From contig JBJMOW010000002.1 in NCBI GenBank assembly GCA_045803545.1, forward strand, positions 64,001-128,000: a DNA stretch of 64,000 bases, written 5' to 3'. Of the stretch, positions 59,540-64,000 are shown piece after piece; within the stretch, counting starts at the first letter, position 1; each line of letters opens with the position of its first letter. Below the pieces are notes generated by a model. It was given only the letters and a program-made list of their open reading frames with translations, searched no databases and was not told the origin of the DNA. This DNA is from Gemmatimonadaceae bacterium (GTDB lineage: Bacteria; Gemmatimonadota; Gemmatimonadetes; Gemmatimonadales; Gemmatimonadaceae). The translations under genes were made by a program, and so were the position numbers.

Positions 59540-59992
59540 ATGAGATGGCGAACCAGAGATCAGTACGAAGATATCGACGAGCCTGATTTCTTCGACGAAG
59601 ACGAAGAGTTTGACCCGCCGTATGTCGTAATCGAGAAGCGTGAAATGGGCATTGGGCCCTTACTCCTCGGTATCGCGCTCGGCGCAGGAGCGGCGCTACT
59701 GTTCGCGCCTCAGACAGGTGAGGAGACGCGTCGCGGAATAGCGCGCAGTGCGCGCCGGGTTCAGCAGAATGCACAGGGTTTTGTCGAAGACGTGAGTGGC
59801 AATGTCGCCGACAAATTCCGTGATGTGCGGGACAGCGTTGAGGAGCGGATCGAGGCGACGCTCGACGCCGTCGACGACAAGAGGCGCAAAGTGTCGAACG
59901 CATATCAGGCTGGACGTGCGGCCGCGCGTGAGGCGCGAGGCGAGCTCGAGCAGCGCATCGCCGACACCAAAGCGACCTACAAAGACAGCTAG
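59540..59992 (+). CDS. YtxH domain protein
   Basis: LLGIALGAGAALLFAPQTGEETR followed by a coiled coil. Confidence 0.85.
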   Translation: MRWRTRDQYEDIDEPDFFDEDEEFDPPYVVIEKREMGIGPLLLGIALGAGAALLFAPQTGEETRRGIARSARRVQQNAQGFVEDVSGNVADKFRDVRDSVEERIEATLDAVDDKRRKVSNAYQAGRAAAREARGELEQRIADTKATYKDS

Positions 59993-60900
59993 TGCCGCAG
60001 CGCTCGCTGGCGGCCCGTATTGGGTGGCTGCTTCGCGACTACGCCAAGCGAGTCTGGGATAACAGCGGCGAAGACAACGTCTTCTTCCTCGCCGGCGGCA
60101 TTGCATTCAACATCCTGCTTGCCGCCGTTCCTTTTTTTCTGTTGCTGGCAACTGGTCTCGTGTACCTGCTGAATCAGTCGCCTGACACGACATCAGCCGA
60201 AGTTCTGACGATCGTCGACAAGTTTCTCCCACCACACCCGCCGGGTGATATGGGACCTGCGGCCACAATCCTGAATGAGGTGATCAAGCGCAGCGGATCG
60301 TTGACGATATACTCCGCCATCGGTTTTATCTGGTTCTCGACGCGCCTGTTTGGGTCGTTGCGCACGGTGCTCGCCGCCATATTCGACATCGATACGGACC
60401 GCGGCATTATCGCCGGCAAGATCTTCGACATCGAGATGACCATCGTCTCCAGCCTGCTGCTGGTCGCCTACACTGCACTGAGCGCATATCTGGCGATCGC
60501 TACAACGCGCGGCGTGTCGATCCTGGCGGATATCGGCCTTCGTAAGGAGTTGATGGGACAGCTCGAATACAATCTCGGCCAGCTGCTCGCATTTTCATTC
60601 ATCGCGACGATGTTCTTTTGTCTCTACAAGTTCCTGCCACACCGCAAGATTCGATGGCGAACGGCCTTGATTGCCTCGTTGTTCACTGCCGTGATGCTGG
60701 AGCTCGCCAAACGTGCGTTTTCTGCTTACGTGCGGTCATTCAATCCAGGGTCATTCTACAGCGGCACGGTCGCTGCATTAGTCCTCGTCGTAATCTGGGT
60801 CTACTACGCCTCCTTTATCTTCATCATCGGCGGCGAAGTGGCGCAGGTTTACGAGCTTCGGCGCGTGCGGAAAATGCAGCGTGAAGCTTTCGAGGACTGA
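59992..60900 (+). CDS. YihY/virulence factor BrkB family membrane protein
   Basis: AGGIAF..LLA..P, LYKFLP and YSG...LV....WVYY...IFIIGGE motifs. Confidence 0.9.
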   Translation: MPQRSLAARIGWLLRDYAKRVWDNSGEDNVFFLAGGIAFNILLAAVPFFLLLATGLVYLLNQSPDTTSAEVLTIVDKFLPPHPPGDMGPAATILNEVIKRSGSLTIYSAIGFIWFSTRLFGSLRTVLAAIFDIDTDRGIIAGKIFDIEMTIVSSLLLVAYTALSAYLAIATTRGVSILADIGLRKELMGQLEYNLGQLLAFSFIATMFFCLYKFLPHRKIRWRTALIASLFTAVMLELAKRAFSAYVRSFNPGSFYSGTVAALVLVVIWVYYASFIFIIGGEVAQVYELRRVRKMQREAFED

Positions 60901-60957
60901 GTAATAGTGGGATGGTTGCCGGATCTTCCGGCGAACACACTTCTGGAGGAGGCGCTC

Positions 60958-61218
60958 GTGCGCAAGTTCGCAGCAGTTGCGGCCGTCCTGGCCGTGGTCT
61001 CGATTTCGGCTTGCAAGAAGACTGGAGAAGGGGAGTATCAGGTCGAAAAGCCCGTAATCGGAACGCAGACGGACACGATCCACACTCCGTCGGTGGAGGT
61101 GGGAACCGACACTGCCAACGTGACGGTGCCGAAGGTTGAGGTGAGGAAAGACACCGCAGCGATCAAGGTCCCGACGGTCAAGGTGAAGAGCCCGAGCGAT
61201 AACGCGAAGAAGCGGTAA
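60958..61218 (+). CDS. Small lipoprotein
   Basis: GGAGGAGG RBS, GTG start, lipobox ISAC, repeated (D)T..V.VP.V.V motifs. Confidence 0.75.
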   Translation: MRKFAAVAAVLAVVSISACKKTGEGEYQVEKPVIGTQTDTIHTPSVEVGTDTANVTVPKVEVRKDTAAIKVPTVKVKSPSDNAKKR

Positions 61219-61240
61219 GCAGCGTCTCGACTCCTCTGGA

Positions 61241-61270
61241 AAAGCCCCGTCCACCGACGGGGTTTTTTTT
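61241..61270 (+). terminator. Intrinsic terminator
   Basis: ccccgtc-cacc-gacgggg followed by T8. Confidence 0.88.
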
Positions 61271-61273
61271 CTT

Positions 61274-61462
61274 AGGACTGAGGCCCGAGGACCAAGTGCA
61301 TCGATGACCGCGGACTGAGTGAGGATCGAGGACAAAGGGCGTACAAGCAGGACAAAGGACCAAGGACGACCGGTGGTCCTCAGTCCTGCTTTTCGGCCTT
61401 TTGTCCTAGATTCTCGATGTATCCGCGGTCATCGATGCCGTTAGTCCTCGGCCCTCAGTCCC
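61274..61462. repeat. Long palindrome with inverted AGGACNN heptamers and a perfect 17-bp inverted repeat
   Basis: aggactg aggcccg aggacca ... tagtcct cggccct cagtccc; gcatcgatgaccgcgga (61298-61314) / tccgcggtcatcgatgc (61422-61438). Confidence 0.85.
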
Positions 61463-61475
61463 TGTTATATATTTA

Positions 61476-61583
61476 GGGCGCCCCAGGTCCCGGAGGGCGT
61501 TTGCCCGTTAACTCCGTCAGGACCCCGAAGGTAGCAGCGGCATGCGGTGTCAATCGTTGCTCCGTCAGGCCTGGGGTACTCCC
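61476..61583 (+). ncRNA. ffs: Signal recognition particle RNA (4.5S)
   Basis: Terminal stem ccccagg / cctgggg, helix-8 motif TCAGG-ACC-loop-GGT-AGCAGC, and position directly upstream of dnaX-ybaB-recR. Confidence 0.88.
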
Positions 61584-61591
61584 GCCTCGCA

Positions 61592-63064
61592 ATGTCCCTC
61601 GCACTCGCCCGTAAATACCGACCCAAGACCTTCGCTGACGTCGCCGTCCAATCGCACGTTTCCAATACGTTGCGTGGGGCGATCGCCAGGGGCAAAATCG
61701 CGCACGGCTATCTCCTTAGCGGTCCGCGCGGCGTCGGAAAAACCACTCTCGCCAGGGTATTGGCGATGGCGCTCAACTGCGAGAACAAGCGAGACGATGG
61801 TGAGCCATGTGGTGTCTGTGTCTCCTGCCAGCGTATTTGGAGTGGCTCGTCGAGTCTCGACGTCGTCGAGATCGATGCCGCGTCCAACCGCGGAGTCGAT
61901 GACGCGCGCGATTTGCGCGAGCGCGCGATGTACGCGCCTTCCGGCGACGACCGCTACAAAGTCTACATCGTAGACGAAGCGCACATGCTAACGCGCGAAG
62001 CCTGGAATGCGCTGCTCAAGATTCTCGAGGAGCCGCCACCGCGCGTGGTTTTCGTATTTGCTACAACTGAACCACAGAAAATCGCTCAGTCCGCGGCGCC
62101 GGTTCTCAGTCGCCTGCAACGCTTCGATCTCAAGCGCATCGGACTCGGTGACATCACGCGTCGACTTTCGAGCGTGCTCAAATCTGAAGGAGTTCAGATC
62201 TCCGAGGACGCCCTGGCGCTGATCGCGCGCGCGGCGGACGGCTCTATGCGTGACGCGTTGAGTCTCGCCGACCAGGTCATTGTGATTGGCGAAGGACCGG
62301 TGACCGCCGAGCGCGTTCGAGAAGCGCTTGGCCTCGCTCCGGAAGACGAGTTCATCAACGTGCTCGACATCATCGCCGAGCACCGCGCGGGTGACGTGTT
62401 CACTGCGGTCAACAAGCTTGCCGACGCCGGTATCGATTTCGGAGTCTTTCTCTCTGGTTTTGCTGACATGTTGCGGGCGCAACTAACCGTCGTGCTCAGC
62501 GATCGCGCCGAAGGAGTTTCAGCGCACGCGCTCGCCTCACTGCGTGAGCGCCGCGACAAGTTCACCGCAGGCGACCTGCTGCGCATGATCAGCGCGATCA
62601 ACGAGCTCGAGCCCAATTTTAGAAAGAGTGGGCAGCAGCAGCTGCTCGTGGAGATGTTGCTGGTGCGCATGGCACTGCTGGATCGCACGGTTGCGCTCGA
62701 GGATTTGCTGAAAGGCCTCGGCGGCACACGGGGCGAAGCCGCCGAAGCATCGGCGCCGGTGCGCCAACCGCCGGCGCCACAGCCTTCGACGCAGCGTCCG
62801 CGGCCAGCAACTCGCCCGGGCTATCCGCCGCAACTCGACGCGCCCAACGGGCCGCCGCCGGAGCCGCCCAAGCAAAGTCTGCCGCCCGTCAACGAAAACC
62901 AGCTGCGCGAGATGAAACGCGCGATGGAAACCACAGCGCAGGATTCAAATCGCAGTCGTATGACGCCCGAGGCGCTCAAGGAGGAGCGCATTGGGATGCT
63001 GCGCCAGAAGGATCCGGCGCTTGGTGCCGCTATCGACGAGCTAGATCTGGAGCTGCTCGACTAA
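61592..63064 (+). CDS. dnaX: DNA polymerase III subunit gamma/tau
   Basis: LARKYRP, GPRGVGKTT, PCG.C..C, EIDAASN, IVDEAHML and NALLK.LEEPP motifs; ATG at 61592. Confidence 0.97.
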   Translation: MSLALARKYRPKTFADVAVQSHVSNTLRGAIARGKIAHGYLLSGPRGVGKTTLARVLAMALNCENKRDDGEPCGVCVSCQRIWSGSSSLDVVEIDAASNRGVDDARDLRERAMYAPSGDDRYKVYIVDEAHMLTREAWNALLKILEEPPPRVVFVFATTEPQKIAQSAAPVLSRLQRFDLKRIGLGDITRRLSSVLKSEGVQISEDALALIARAADGSMRDALSLADQVIVIGEGPVTAERVREALGLAPEDEFINVLDIIAEHRAGDVFTAVNKLADAGIDFGVFLSGFADMLRAQLTVVLSDRAEGVSAHALASLRERRDKFTAGDLLRMISAINELEPNFRKSGQQQLLVEMLLVRMALLDRTVALEDLLKGLGGTRGEAAEASAPVRQPPAPQPSTQRPRPATRPGYPPQLDAPNGPPPEPPKQSLPPVNENQLREMKRAMETTAQDSNRSRMTPEALKEERIGMLRQKDPALGAAIDELDLELLD

Positions 63065-63083
63065 TCCTTTCGTCCGAGAACAT

Positions 63084-63401
63084 ATGCCTGACTTCAGCAA
63101 GATTTTCGAGCAAGCGCAACAGATGCAGGCGCGTATGCAGCAGGTTCAGTCCGAGCTGGAAAAACAAACCGTGACGGCTGCGGCTGGAGGCGGGATGGTC
63201 TCCGTGGAAGCCGACGGCAAGGGGACGATCACCCGCGTCAAGATCGATCCAAGCGTCGCAGATCCGAAGGACGTTGAGATGCTCGAAGATCTGGTGTTGG
63301 TCGCCGTCAACGAGGCCCAGAAGAAAGCAGCGGAACTCGCCAAGACGGAAATGAGCAGGCTCGCCGGCGGTTTGAACCTTCCTTTTAAGCTGCCTTTTTA
63401 G
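63084..63401 (+). CDS. ybaB: YbaB/EbfC nucleoid-associated protein
   Basis: QAQQMQ, AGGGMVSV..DG and D.EMLEDLV..A.NEA motifs; between dnaX and recR. Confidence 0.95.
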   Translation: MPDFSKIFEQAQQMQARMQQVQSELEKQTVTAAAGGGMVSVEADGKGTITRVKIDPSVADPKDVEMLEDLVLVAVNEAQKKAAELAKTEMSRLAGGLNLPFKLPF

Positions 63402-63988
63402 TGGGCGCAATCGATGACCTGGCCGCAGAGCTATCCAAGCTGCCCGGGATTGGGCGGAAGACAGCGCTGCGGCTCACGTATCATCTTCTGAAGCAGTCGC
63501 CCGACCAGTCCCGCCGGCTGGCGGACGCCCTGACCACGCTGGCCGACAAAGTCAAACCCTGCCCGCAATGCTTCAACCTGACAGAGGAGGAATTGTGCTC
63601 CATTTGTCGTGACGCGCGCAGGGATACGGGAGTCATCTGCGCAGTAGAGGAAGCATCTGATATTGGCGCAATCGAGCGGTCTGGCGAATTCCGGGGCGTA
63701 TATCACGTCCTGGGCGGACGCTTGTCCCCCCTCGACGGCATTGGCCCCGAGGATCTCACCATTCCGCAGCTGGAGTCCAGAGTGTCGGCCGGAGTCGTCC
63801 GCGAAGTGATAATTGCTACCAATCCAAGCATCGAAGGCGAGACGACAGCCCTCTACGTTCAGCGGAGGCTGGCGCGACACGCAGTCACCGTTACGCGTAT
63901 TGCGCGCGGCCTGCCGGTTGGCGGGGACCTCGAGTACGCAGATGGCGTGACGATTGCCCAAGCGTTGACCGCAAGGAGGGCAATGTGA
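63401..63988 (+). CDS. recR: Recombination mediator RecR
   Basis: LPGIGRKTA.RL, C4 zinc finger, YHVLGG.LSPLDG, EGETTA and TRIARGLPVGGDLEYAD motifs. Confidence 0.97.
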   Translation: MGAIDDLAAELSKLPGIGRKTALRLTYHLLKQSPDQSRRLADALTTLADKVKPCPQCFNLTEEELCSICRDARRDTGVICAVEEASDIGAIERSGEFRGVYHVLGGRLSPLDGIGPEDLTIPQLESRVSAGVVREVIIATNPSIEGETTALYVQRRLARHAVTVTRIARGLPVGGDLEYADGVTIAQALTARRAM

Positions 63989-64000
63989 CCAGACAGCGCG

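Noticed and set aside
59540..59992. YtxH protein as part of the gas vesicle system
   Set aside because: YtxH proteins are sometimes labelled gas vesicle proteins, but this one sits with yihY far from the gvp genes, which is an ordinary context.
48907..61462. CRISPR array or IS ends among the intergenic repeats
   Set aside because: The repeats are short, degenerate and inverted, with no repeat-spacer periodicity; no cas or transposase gene is present.
61592..63064. Programmed frameshift site in dnaX
   Set aside because: No A6G or long A/T slippery run was seen after the clamp-loader domains.

Overview
A GC-rich bacterial chromosomal segment with about 55 mostly tightly coupled genes. Gene content and style resemble Gemmatimonadota, but that is an inference only. 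Most of it is housekeeping: trpS, purA, glyQS, priA, nrdJ, tal-pyk-pgi-fba, the murQ-anmK-nagZ-ampG peptidoglycan-recycling genes and the ffs-dnaX-ybaB-recR block. The most notable content is: (1) a compact gas-vesicle-like operon (gvpF/L, gvpG, gvpL/F, a GvpA-family/GvpK fusion, gvpJ, gvpA) with no gvpN/O/C in the window, running directly into a two-PAS histidine kinase, plus a third gvpF/L paralogue 14 kb away; (2) a probable ubiquitin-fold protein without a GG tail, encoded between an unknown small protein and an HDAC-family deacetylase; (3) intergenic palindromes built from inverted heptamer arrays, with a different heptamer at each site; (4) a ChpT-like HisKA-only protein coupled to a sigma54 activator, and a good sigma54 promoter elsewhere; (5) a probable CTG start codon, several apparently leaderless genes and an SRP RNA with a non-GNRA loop. 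No transposase, integrase, prophage, tRNA, rRNA or CRISPR array was recognised. All protein calls come from reading motifs by eye, not from database searches.
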